The notes below the pieces were generated by a model, which had not been told where the DNA came from, made no database searches, and worked only from the letters and a program-made list of their open reading frames with translations. Positions 47,149 to 58,776 of a DNA stretch of 64,000 nt are shown one piece after another. The position numbers and the translations under genes are program-made. This DNA is from an uncultured Chloroflexia bacterium (GTDB lineage: Bacteria; Chloroflexota; Anaerolineae; Caldilineales; Caldilineaceae), in assembly GCA_963698255.1 (NCBI GenBank), contig CAVOQD010000024.1, positions 581,072 through 645,071 of the forward strand, given 5' to 3'. Position 1 is the stretch's first letter, and each line of letters begins with the position of its first letter.

Positions 47149-50100
47149 ATGATGAATCGAACTATGCCATGTCCCGAGACGGCGGGCGAAAAGGCTCGCA
47201 CCACGTTCGCCGAACTCGCACAACATGGCCTCTACGATCCGCGCTTCGAGCACGACGCCTGCGGCATCGGCTTTGTGGCCCATGTCGATGGGCGGCGCAA
47301 CCATCGCGTGCTCCAGATGGCGCTGGAGGCGCTCTGCAACCACGCACATCGCGGCGCTGTGGCCGACGACCGCAAGTCCGGCGACGGCGCCGGTGTGCTC
47401 ACTCAACTGCCCTATGAGTTTTTCAATCGTGAGCTGCGGCGCATGGGCATCGAGCCGCCCCATGCCGCCGATCTGGCCGTCGGCCAGCTCTTTCTCAATC
47501 TGCACAACGGCGCTGACCGTGCGATTGCGCGTGAGATCATCCGCGAGGTTCTCGACCGAACTCAAGCTGGAGGTGTTGACTTTCCGCTCGGTGCCCGTCA
47601 TCGAAGCGGCGCTGGGCCGTCGGGCGGAACAGAGCCGGCCCTGGATGGAACAGGTGCTGATCCGGCGAACGGAAGCGGCTTGCGAGGCCGGCGACGCCTT
47701 CGAGCGGCTGCTCTATCTGGCCCGCAAGAAGATTGCCCGCCGCGCCAGCGAGGGCGGTGTCCATCGGCTCTACGTCGCCAGCATGAGCAGCCGGACCATC
47801 GTCTACAAAGGCTTGGTACTGGCCGAGGAACTGGCGCACTTCTATCCGGATCTGAGCGATCCCGATTTCAAGACTGCCATCGCCGTCTTCCACCAGCGCT
47901 ACAGCACCAACACCTTCCCGACCTGGGAACGGGCGCAACCGTTTCGCATCATCTGCCACAACGGCGAGATCAACACGGTGCAGGGCAATGTCAACTGGAT
48001 GAGCGCACGCGAGGATGATCTGGCCAGTCCGCTCTGGGGCGACGCTATCCACGAATTGAAGCCCGATCATCGGCGTCCACGGCAGCGATAGTTCCAAACT
48101 GGACAATCAGCTTGAACTGCTGACCCGCAGCGGCCGCGACGTGCGCCATGCATTGATGATGATGGTCCCCGAAGCCTGGGAGCGGCTCTCCGAGCGCGAG
48201 GTGACGCCCGAACGGCGCGCCTTCTACCAATATCACAGCGCCCTGGTCGAGCCGTGGGACGGACCGGCGGCCATCACCTACACCGACGGTCGTTTCGTCG
48301 GCACCATTCTGGATCGCAACGGCCTGCGCCCGGCGCGCTACGTGGTGCTCGACAACGGCTATGTGATCAGTTCCAGCGAGGTCGGGGCTGTCGCCTATGA
48401 CGAAGCCCGCGTGGTCAAGAAGGGCAGCCTGGGACCCGGCCAGATCTTCTGTGTCGACACCGGCCGCGGCATGATCATGGAAGACGAGGAGATCACCCAG
48501 CATTTCGCCAGTCGCCAGCCCTATGACCGCTGGGTCCAGCAGAATCTGATCGATCTGGACGCGCTGGTGCGTGAGAGCGTGGAGACGGTGAGCTGCCCGT
48601 TCTCCGCCAATCGGCATCCGTGCCGTCTGACCGCGTCGCCAGGCCTCCTTCGGCTACACCAGCGAGGAGATGGTCGTGGTGCTGCGGCCCATGGTGACCG
48701 AGGGCAAGGAGCCGGTCGGCGCCATGGGCGACGACACCCCGGCCGCCGCGCTGAGCAAACTGCCGCGTCCGCTCTTTCACTACTTCAAGCAACGCTTTGC
48801 CGAGGTGACCAACCCGCCCATCGACCCGCTGCGCGAAGCGATGGTGATGAGCACGCGTACGCTGCTGGGCGGACGGGCCAATCTGCTCTCCGAAAGCCCG
48901 GAGGCCACTCGCTTGATCAAGCTGCAATCGCCGCTGCTCCTGCCGGAACAGATGGCGGCATTGATGGCGCTCCAACAGCCGGAGTTCGAGCTCGCGGTCG
49001 TCGATGCCACCTGGTCGCTGCCGGAAGGAGTCTCGACTGCTGAGGATGGCTCTGCGGCGGCTGAACCGGACGAAACTGCCGGCGCAGCGCTGCGTGCCGG
49101 TGTCGAGCGGCTCTGTGCGGCGGCCGAGGATGCGGTGCGCAGACGGCGCCACCCTGCTGGTCATCAGCGATGCACGCGCCGAGGGACAGTTGCTGCCGAT
49201 CCCGTCGCTGCTGGCGGTCGGCGCGGTGCATCACCATCTGATCGCACAGGGCTTGCGCATGCAGGCCAGCCTGATCTGCGCCTCGGGCGAGCCGCGCGAG
49301 GTGCACCACTTTGCGGCCCTGGTCGGCTACGGCGCCAACGCCGTCTATCCCTACCTCGTCTATGCCACAACCGACGAGCAGGCGGCCGAGGATCGGCGCA
49401 TGGCCGATTTTACGGCGGCCCAACTGCGCGTCAACTTCGCCAGTGCGGTCGAAGGCGGGCTGCTCAAGATCATGAGCAAGATGGGCATCAGCACCATCGA
49501 CAGCTATTGCGGCGGACAGATCTTCGAGGCTCTCGGCATCGGCCCTGAGCTGCTCGATGTCGCTTTCCGCGGCACGCCCAGCCTGATCGGCGGCGTCGGC
49601 TTTGCCAGCGTGGCCGAGGATGTGCTTGCCTGGCACGCCTACGGCTATCCCGATTCAGACAGTGACGGCGCAGAGGTCAAGCTCAAGACGTGGGGCCTGT
49701 ACAAGTCGCGTCGCGGGGGCGAACTGCATACGTGGAGTCCTGAGGTGGTGCATGCGCTCACCGACGTGGCCCGCGCCGAGAGCGACGTGCTGGCCCGCGA
49801 AAAGTACACGGTCTACGCCGATCTGGTCGACAACATGCGCATTGCGCCGCGCAATCTGTTGGATTTTCGCCCGACACGACCGCCGGTGCCCATCGAGCAA
49901 GTCGAATCGGTCGAACGCATTGTGACACGCTTCAGCACCGCGGCCATGAGCCTCGGCGCGCTGAGTTCGGAGGCCCACGAGACATTGGCCATCGCCATGA
50001 ACCGGCTGGGCGGCAGGAGCAACAGCGGCGAGGGCGGCGAGGCCAAGGATCGCTACTTCACCGAGCGCGCCTCCAAGATCAAGCAGGTGGCGTCCGGCCG

Positions 50101-51763
50101 CTTCGGCGTCACGCCGGAGTATCTGATGAGCGCCGAGGAGATCCAGATCAAGATGGCGCAAGGCTCCAAGCCGGGCGAGGGCGGCCAGCTTCCCGGCCAC
50201 AAGGTGTCGGCCGAGATTGCGATCCTGCGCCACAGCACGCCCGGCGTGGCGCTGATCAGCCCGCCGCCCCACCATGACATCTACAGCATCGAGGATCTGG
50301 CGCAACTGATCTTCGACCTCAAGACCATCAACCCCAACGCCAGAGTCAGCGTCAAACTGGTCTCGGAGATGGGCGTGGGCACGGTTGCGGCCGGCGTGGT
50401 CAAAGGCTTTGCCGACATCGTGCACCTGAGCGGCGGCTCCGGCGGCACCGGGGCCAGCCCGCTGAGCAGCGTCAAGAACGCGGGCCTGCCCTGGGAGATC
50501 GGCCTGGCCGAGATCCACCAGACGCTGCTGGCCAACGGGCTGCGCACCCACGTCACGCTGCGCGCCGACGGCGGTCTGGCCACCGGCCGCGATGTGGTTT
50601 TGGCCGCCATGCTCGGCGCGGACGAGTTCAGCTTCGGCACCAGCGCCATGATCGCAGAGGGCTGTATCATGGCCCGGGTCTGTCACAAGAACACCTGCCC
50701 GGTTGGGGTCGCCACCCAGCGTGAGGATCTGCGGGCCAAGTTCGACGGCACGCCTGAGATGGTGATCCGGTTCTTGACCAACGTTGCCGAGGGCGTGCGC
50801 CGGATACTGGCCGAACTGGGCTTCCGCAGCCTCGACCAGATCGTCGGCCACCCGGAGTTGCTGGAGCAGGTGATCTTCGGCCGTGAGGCCGGCTTCATGG
50901 ACCTGTCGCCGTTGCTCTACGTGCCGGACACCGGCAGCGCGCGGCGCAATGTGCTGCCGACCAACGAGGTCATCGCCAACCCGACCGTGGGCGACCGCAT
51001 CGTCGAGCAGGTGTTGGCATCCTTGCAGGCCAATCCGGAGGCGCCGGTTCGCCTGGCCCATCCGATCCGCAACATTGAGCGCTCGGTCGGCACGCGTCTC
51101 TCCGGCCAACTGGCCCTGCGCTACGGCGACGACGGTCTGTCCGACGGCCACGTCGATATCACCTTCACAGGGAGCGGCGGCCAGAGCTTCGGCGCCTTCG
51201 GCATCCGTGGCCTGCGCCTGACCATCATGGGCGAGGCCAACGACTATGTGGGCAAGGGCCTGGGCGGCGCCGAGATCGTCATCCGCCCCGACGAAGAGGC
51301 GCGCTTCGTGCCCCACCAGAACACGATCATCGGCAACACGGCGCTCTACGGCGCGACCAGCGGCCGGCTCTTTGCGGCCGGCCTGGCCGGGGCCCGCTTT
51401 GCCGTGCGCAACAGCGGCGCTACGGCCGTGGTCGAGGGTGTGGGCGAGCACGCTTGCGAGTACATGACGGGCGGAACCGTCGTCGTGCTCGGCGGAACGG
51501 GGCGCAATTTCGGGGCCGGCATGACCGGCGGCGAAGCCTTCGTCTACGATGTGGATGGAAAGTTTGAGCAGCGCTACAACACCGAGTTGATCGACATCCG
51601 GCGACTGGGCGGACTGGAATACGAGGAGCGTCTGCGTGACCTGATCGCCGAGCACATGGGCAAGACCGGTTCCCCGCGAGCCGGGTTGATCCTCGACGAC
51701 TGGGAGGTGCAGCGCCAGTTCTTCTGGCATGTGGCCCCGCGCGCAGAACGTCGTGGCGATTGA
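47149..51763 (+). pseudogene. gltB: glutamate synthase (GOGAT) large subunit, copy 2; 4 frame breaks (about 47560, 48065, 48620, 49140)
   Basis: FEHDACGIGFV is in ORF 47149..48018. Further pieces are in 47225..48091, 48141..49043 and 48670..49548, followed by the clean 919-aa ORF 49004..51763 ([44 protein letters not shown] domain). It is full-length and clearly diverged from copy 1. Confidence 0.9.
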
Positions 51764-51810
51764 GTCGGCGGTTGAGGGATCGCAGGCGTGATTGGACAAG
51801 AAGGTAAACG

Positions 51811-51845
51811 GTTGGGCAGTAGGGAAGTGGGGTTGTAGGGAATGG
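51811..51845. repeat. single arm of the 'GGGAAGTGGGG' family (copy 3)
   Basis: GTTGGGCAGTAGGGAAGTGGGGTTGTAGGGAATGG. I found no complementary arm nearby. Confidence 0.6.
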
Positions 51846-52304
51846 AATTGCAATTGAGTGGAAAACGATCGGATTCAGCGTACGGCACCGGCGACGCCTC
51901 GTTTCAGGCCGCCGGCGGCTTCGAGGGGATCAGCCAACTGGTGGACGATTTCTATCAGTTCATGGATGATCTGCCGGAAGCCAAGGTCATTCGCGAGATG
52001 CATCAGGCAGGATCTCACGGTCGTGAAGGACAAGCTGGTGCGCTTCCTGTGCAGTTGGCTGGGCGGACCGCGGCTCTACCACGAGAAGTATGGCTCGATC
52101 AGCATTCCGGGCGTTCACATGCCCTTTCCCATCGGAGAAGCCGAGCGCGACGCCTGGCTGCTCTGCATGCGCAAGGCCGTGGCCCTCCAGCCGTATGAGC
52201 CGGACTTTGCCGACTATCTCAATGCCCAGTTTCGCATTCCGGCCGAGCGGATCTATCAAGTCAACAGTCGGGGCAGCATGGGAGTAGGAATCGACAACGC
52301 ATGA
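51842..52304 (+). pseudogene. group 2 truncated haemoglobin (YjbI/GlbO-like); 1 frame break (about 52010, extra G)
   Basis: GGFEGISQLVDDFYQFMDDLPEAKVIREMHQ (ORF 51842..52198) continues as DLTVVKDKLVRFLCSWLGGPRLYHEKYGSISIPGVHMPFPIGEAERDAWLLCMRKAV (ORF 51858..52304). The start codon choice is tentative. Confidence 0.65.
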
Positions 52305-53255
52305 ATCTGCGAACGTTACCCAACACAGAACTCACCGTTTCGGCCATCTCGCTCGGCTCTACCGGCATCGGCAGTACGATTGACGAGGCAGCCTCATTCG
52401 AATTGCTCGACCGCTACGCCGAGGCCGGCGGCAACTTCATCGACACCGCCGCTGTCTATGCCAACTGGCTGCCCGGCGAGAAAAATGTGAGCGAGAAGAC
52501 CATCGGTCGCTGGCTCAAACAACGCGGCAATCGTGACAAGATCGTGGTGGCGACCAAGGGCGCGCATCCGGATCTGTCGACCATGCACATTTCACGCATG
52601 TCGCGCGCCGAGATCGAATCGGATCTCAACGACAGCCTGCGCAATCTTCAGACCGACGTCATCGATCTCTATCTGCTGCATCGAGACGATACCGAGCGTA
52701 CAGTCGAAGAGATTCTGACGGTGATGAACGACCAGGTGAGGGCAGGCAAGATCCGCTATTTCGGCTGCTCCAACTGGCGGACGCCGCGTATCCGAGAAGC
52801 GCAAGAGACCGCTTCCGCCATGGGGATCGATGGCTTTGTCGTCGATCAGGTTCGGTGGAGTCTGGCGGTGACCGATCCGGCCGGCGTGGCGGACAATACG
52901 ACCGTGGGCATGGACGACGATCTCTTTGTCTTTCACCGCGAGACCGGATTGGCCGCCATGGCCTATTCTTCCCAGGCAGGCGGGATCTTTCAGAAGCTGG
53001 CCGGCGGAAACTCGTCCGTCGGCAGCGCGTATCCGCTTGAACCGAATCGACGACGACTGGCGCGCATCGAACAGCTTGCGACGAGAATCCGGGCTGTCGA
53101 TCACGCAGATTGTGCTGGCCTACCTGTCCTCTCAGCCTTTCGTCACCGTGCCGGTCGTCGGCTGTCGGACGCTGGAACAGTTGAACGACAGCCTCACCGC
53201 TGCGGACACGGTTCTGAGCGCTGAACAGATCGATTTCTTGACCGCGGGCACATAA
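52301..53255 (+). pseudogene. aldo/keto reductase; 1 frame break (about 53085)
   Basis: ORF 52301..53224 (GGNFIDTAAVYA..., LQTDVIDLYLLHRDD, IRYFGCSNW) joins ORF 52926..53255 (ITQIVLAYLSSQPFVTVPVVGCRTLEQLNDSL). ATGA overlap with the globin gene. Confidence 0.75.
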
Positions 53256-53269
53256 TCGAGGAGCCAACC

Positions 53270-53635
53270 ATGAGTCTATCTACCGTCACACCGGTGCTGC
53301 GCATTTTTGATGAGGCCAAGGCGCGCGAATTCTACGTCGACTTTCTGGGCTTCTCAGTCGACTGGGAACATCGTTATGGTGACAACTATCCAGTCTACAT
53401 GGGGATCTCGCGAGATGACTGCGTACTGCATCTGACCGAGCATCACGGCGATGCCACGCCGGGTTCGGCGATTCGCATCAAGACCGATGACGTGAGGGCG
53501 TACAATCGCCAATTGCTGGAAAAGGCGTACACGTATGCGAAACCGGGCATCGAAGAGACACCCTGGGAGACGCTGGAGATGACGGTCACCGATCCGTTTG
53601 GCAATCGGCTGACGTTCTACGAAATTTCGCAGTGA
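53270..53635 (+). CDS. VOC-family protein (glyoxalase/bleomycin-resistance-like)
   Basis: Uninterrupted 121-aa ORF. VLRIFDEAKAREFYVDFLGFSVDWEHR...LHLTEHHGD...DPFGNRLTF matches the bleomycin-resistance/glyoxalase fold pattern. Confidence 0.7.
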   Translation: MSLSTVTPVLRIFDEAKAREFYVDFLGFSVDWEHRYGDNYPVYMGISRDDCVLHLTEHHGDATPGSAIRIKTDDVRAYNRQLLEKAYTYAKPGIEETPWETLEMTVTDPFGNRLTFYEISQ

Positions 53636-53642
53636 CCAAAGC

Positions 53643-53671
53643 TTGCACTGACAACCGATGCAATCGATAAT
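53643..53671 (+). promoter_or_regulatory. candidate promoter for leuC
   Basis: TTGCAC (53643-53648), 17 nt spacer, GATAAT (53666-53671), about 45-55 nt upstream of the leuC start. Confidence 0.35.
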
Positions 53672-53713
53672 CTTTGGGGTGAATAATAGTCTGATCGAAC
53701 TTGGACCACGGTA

Positions 53714-55136
<1,423 letters not shown>

Positions 55137-55864
55137 TACTGTGGTCGAAGTACCACCGTGTTGTTCGACGTGAAGGAGCGAGCATGCTCGACAGCTTTAC
55201 GGCGAGTAAAGCGCATTTCGGATGGCTCAATCGTGTTGCTGTTCGCAACGAACGAGCCATTGTTTCACGTGCATGGTAAACGGTCGCAGCACTACGAGAG
55301 CAAAGCGGATCTTCATCGCCTTGAAGCACTGGATACACGTCGAAGTCAACGGATGATCCAGCCATCCGATCATGCGTGCGTTTGGCGACGGGCGGATAGA
55401 CCGACTTGGACGATCCGGTCGCCGAAATGTACGCGAATTCGACAGAGTTGATCGGCGCGGTTTACTTGATGGACGATCTGGATACAAACAATGGATCGAA
55501 GTTCTGCGTGGACGCCTAGATATTGACAAACACGTCGAGACCCAACGCGTTACTATTCGTACAGCGATTTCAGTCGGTGACCTTGTCTGACGAGGCCGTC
55601 ATTGATGTGAAGTCAGTGCACAGCAGGTCGGCGAGTATCGTCTCCAGATGCGTGATTTAGCGATGACGACTGAACAGGTCGTCGATTTTGCGTCATTTCT
55701 GAAATACGTCGACAAATCCGCTGATTCGGGAGTATCTTGACCCCAAGCGATTCGCTAGCATTCAGTTTGGAGTACGGCAATTTAACTTGGGATGAAGACG
55801 GCCTCTGCTTTCCCGTTGCCGACCTATATCGAAAACACCATCGACTAGATAGGATTCTGACTAC

Positions 55865-56455
55865 ATGGAACCATTCAAAAAACTGACCGGCACGGCTGTG
55901 CCGTTGCGTGCCGAAAACGTCGACACCGATCAGATCATCCCGGCCCGCTACCTGACCGCCGTGACCAAGGCGGGCATGGGCGACGGACTCTTCTCTGCCT
56001 GGCGCTACAACGCCGACGGCACGCCCAACGAAGATTTTGTGCTCAACGATCCCGTCTATGGCGGGGCCGAAATCCTGGTCGCCGGGCGCAACTTCGGCAG
56101 CGGATCGAGCCGCGAGCACGCGGTCTGGGCGCTGACTGAGTACGGCTTCCGCTGTGTGATCACGCCGGGCTTCGCCGACATCTTCTACAACAACAGCCTC
56201 AAGAACGCACTGCTGCCGGTGGCGTTGCCCGAAGAGACGGTCAACATGCTTCTGGACCTGGTCGAAGAGGAACCGGACACGCGGATCGCGGTCGACCTGG
56301 TCAACCAGACGGTGACGTTGCCCGATGGGCAGTCTCTCGGCTTCGATATCGCCCCCTTCCGCAAGATGTGTTTGCTCGAGGGGCTGGATGACATGGGCTA
56401 TCTGCTCTCCAAGGACGAGGCCATCACGGCGCACGAGGCAGAGCCGGCGTACTGA
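55865..56455 (+). CDS. leuD: 3-isopropylmalate dehydratase small subunit LeuD
   Basis: Uninterrupted 196-aa ORF with MEPFKKLTGTAVPLRAENVDTDQIIPARYL and GRNFGSGSSREHAVWAL. Confidence 0.9.
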   Translation: MEPFKKLTGTAVPLRAENVDTDQIIPARYLTAVTKAGMGDGLFSAWRYNADGTPNEDFVLNDPVYGGAEILVAGRNFGSGSSREHAVWALTEYGFRCVITPGFADIFYNNSLKNALLPVALPEETVNMLLDLVEEEPDTRIAVDLVNQTVTLPDGQSLGFDIAPFRKMCLLEGLDDMGYLLSKDEAITAHEAEPAY

Positions 56456-56475
56456 GGCAGATGCAGTGAAATCTC

Positions 56476-56556
56476 GATCCACGAAGAACACGAAGTTTCA
56501 CGAAGATGAATCCTCGTTGGTGTAGCTTCGTGAAGATTCGTGCTCCTTCGTGGATC
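56476..56556. repeat. inverted-repeat hairpin element, 'CACGAAG/CTTCGTG' family (copy 2)
   Basis: Left arm GATCCACGAAGAACACGAAGTTTCACGAAG (56476-56507), right arm CTTCGTGAAGATTCGTGCTCCTTCGTGGATC (56526-56556). Confidence 0.8.
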
Positions 56557-56599
56557 AAAATCTCTTGGACCGTCTTAACCCAACAGAGGCCGACATCCG

Positions 56600-56779
56600 A
56601 TGAACGAAATTCGACTCACGTTGACCTTGGACGAAGTCAACCAAATTCTGGAAGGGCTGGGGAACCGTCCCTATGCCGAGGTCTTCAAACTGGTTGCGAA
56701 GATCCAACAGCAGGCCGGCGCTCAGCTCAACCCTGATCCGCCCGTAGATGCCCAGGTCGTCGAGGATGCATCTGAGTGA
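56600..56779 (+). CDS. small hypothetical protein (59 aa)
   Basis: Below the ORF-track cutoff. ATG 56600, reading MNEIRLTLTLDEVNQILEGLGNRPYAEVFKLVAKIQQQAGAQLNPDPPVDAQVVEDASE, with TGA at 56777-56779. It has a protein-like composition and helical periodicity. No family recognised. Confidence 0.35.
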   Translation: MNEIRLTLTLDEVNQILEGLGNRPYAEVFKLVAKIQQQAGAQLNPDPPVDAQVVEDASE

Positions 56780-56821
56780 TCTGCTGTTGGAAACGTTGAA
56801 GCGTGTCGGCGTTCAACAGGA

Positions 56822-57764
56822 ATGACTATGGCTGGTGAAAGACTGGCTGAGCAACTGGATCGATGTTCGTGGCCGGCGCTTACCGACCCCTACGACATCG
56901 CATTGCGCGAAGCGGTCGAGTTTACGTTCCAACGCTTCGAAGTGTCGGGCATCTTTGCCTGCGGCAGCGTCATCCGTGGCGAGGGCGATGCGCTCAGCGA
57001 TATCGATCTCTATGTAGTCAACGCCGACCCGTTTCGGCAGCGTTTTCAGCGACGATTCAACGGCATTCCGACCGAGATCTTCGTCAACCCGGCCCACCAG
57101 ATCCGGGCCTACTTTGCCGATGAACATGCTGTGGGTCGGCCCTGTACGGCGCACATGCTGTCGACCGGGCATGTCGTGCTCTCCAACGATCCGGTTGTCG
57201 AACAACTGATCGGCGAAGCGCGATTCGTGGCTGGCGAAACGTCCTTCATTGTCCGGCCAGACGGCGATGTTTCAGCGCTACCTGATGGTGGATCTGCTCG
57301 ACAACGCCGAGGATCTGCGGCAGACCGACGCAGAGAATGCCGCACTTGTTCTACATCAAGCAGTCAGCGCCATGCTCGACTATTACTTTCTGGCCGCCGG
57401 TCGATTCTTGCCACGCATCAAAGATCTGTTGCGCGAACTGGACCGCTCTGATCCGTACGCCGGCACATGGGCGCGCACGTTCTACAGCGCCACGGATAAC
57501 GACACCCGTTTTGAGGCGGCAAGCAATCTGGCCGATCAGATTCTGGGCGCAACAACCTTCTTTGAGTGGGAGACCGAACTGGAGCAGTTGCCACTGCCTG
57601 ACGAGAACGTAGAGACGCAAAATTTTGCGTCTCTACAAGAAGACAACAAAGTCAACGAAATTCACCTAGAAAGATTAGGAAAATGGAAGCCAAAATCGTC
57701 ATACTGGCCGGTGATGGAATCGGCCCCGAAGTCACAACCGAAGCCGCCAAGATCCTCGATGTGA
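56822..57764 (+). pseudogene. nucleotidyltransferase-domain protein (Pol-beta superfamily, KNTase-like); 1 frame break (about 57240); 3' end uncertain
   Basis: The NTase motif ACGSVIRGEGDALSDIDLYVV is in ORF 56822..57451. A helical C-terminal domain is in ORF 57249..57764. That ORF reads through the 28-bp palindrome and 82 nt into leuB, so the true stop is probably earlier. Confidence 0.55.
57609..57636. repeat. perfect 28-bp palindrome
   Basis: GTAGAGACGCAAAATTTTGCGTCTCTAC, 47 nt upstream of the leuB ATG. Confidence 0.85.
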
Positions 57765-58771
57765 TCGGCGAAAACTTCGGACACACCTTTGTCTACGACC
57801 ATCAACTGATGGGCGGCTGCGCCATCGACGCCCTGGGCACCAGCTTGCCCGACGCCACCGTCGAAGCCTGCAAGAAGGCCGACGCCGTGATCCTGGGCGC
57901 GGTGGGCGGACCCAAGTGGGACGATCCCAATGCGCCGGACCGGCCGGAGCGGGGCCTGCTGGCCATTCGCAAGGCGTTGAACCTCTTCGCCAATCTGCGC
58001 CCGGTCAAGCTGCAGGACGAACTGATCAGCGCCAGCACGCTCAAGGAAGAGGTGTTGCAGGGCGTGGACATCCTGGTGATCCGCGAGCTGACCGGCGGCG
58101 TCTACTTCGGCCCGCGCAAAGAGGCCGGCGAGGAGGGCATGGAAGCCTACGACACCATGCTCTACACCCGGCCGGAGATCGAGCGTGTCGTGCGCTTGGC
58201 CGCCGAAGCCGCCATGGGGCGCAGCAAGAAGCTGGCCAGCGTCGACAAGGCCAACGTGCTGGCGTCGAGCCGGCTCTGGCGCCGCGTGGCCACCGAAGTG
58301 CTGGCCGACTATCCCGAGCTTGAGGTCGAGCATGTGTTGGTCGACGCCATGGCCATGCACCTGATCCGCCGCCCCGCCACCTTTGATGTGATGGTCAGCG
58401 GCAATCTGTTCGGCGACATCCTCACCGACGAAGCCTCGATGTTGGCCGGCTCCATGGGCATGTTGCCCTCGGCCAGCCTGGGCGATCTGGAGAACAGCCA
58501 GGGGCTGCCGCTCGGTCTCTACGAACCGATCCACGGCAGTGCGCCGGACATCGCCGGCCAGGGCATCGCCAATCCGTTGGCGGCCATCCTGAGCTGCGCC
58601 ATGTTGTTGCGCCACAGCCTGGGCCTGGAGGCTGAGGCCGAAGCCATTGAAGCGGCCGTGGATAGCGTGCTGGCCGATGGCGTGCGCACAGCGGACATCG
58701 CGCAGACCGGTACGGAAGTGGTGAGCACATCGGTGATGGGCGATCTCGTGGCCCAACGACTTCGAGGATAA
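57683..58771 (+). CDS. leuB: 3-isopropylmalate dehydrogenase LeuB
   Basis: Uninterrupted 362-aa ORF with [37 protein letters not shown] and [26 protein letters not shown]. Confidence 0.95.
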   Translation: MEAKIVILAGDGIGPEVTTEAAKILDVIGENFGHTFVYDHQLMGGCAIDALGTSLPDATVEACKKADAVILGAVGGPKWDDPNAPDRPERGLLAIRKALNLFANLRPVKLQDELISASTLKEEVLQGVDILVIRELTGGVYFGPRKEAGEEGMEAYDTMLYTRPEIERVVRLAAEAAMGRSKKLASVDKANVLASSRLWRRVATEVLADYPELEVEHVLVDAMAMHLIRRPATFDVMVSGNLFGDILTDEASMLAGSMGMLPSASLGDLENSQGLPLGLYEPIHGSAPDIAGQGIANPLAAILSCAMLLRHSLGLEAEAEAIEAAVDSVLADGVRTADIAQTGTEVVSTSVMGDLVAQRLRG

Positions 58772-58776
58772 TCTGC

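Noticed and set aside
55184-55450. Calling an intact Phd/YefM antitoxin gene in the leuC-leuD spacer.
   Set aside because: The similarity is limited to a few residues (ERAIVSR.HGK, LHRLEALD) and requires an assumed frameshift, with no partner toxin ORF visible. It is kept only as a low-interest observation.
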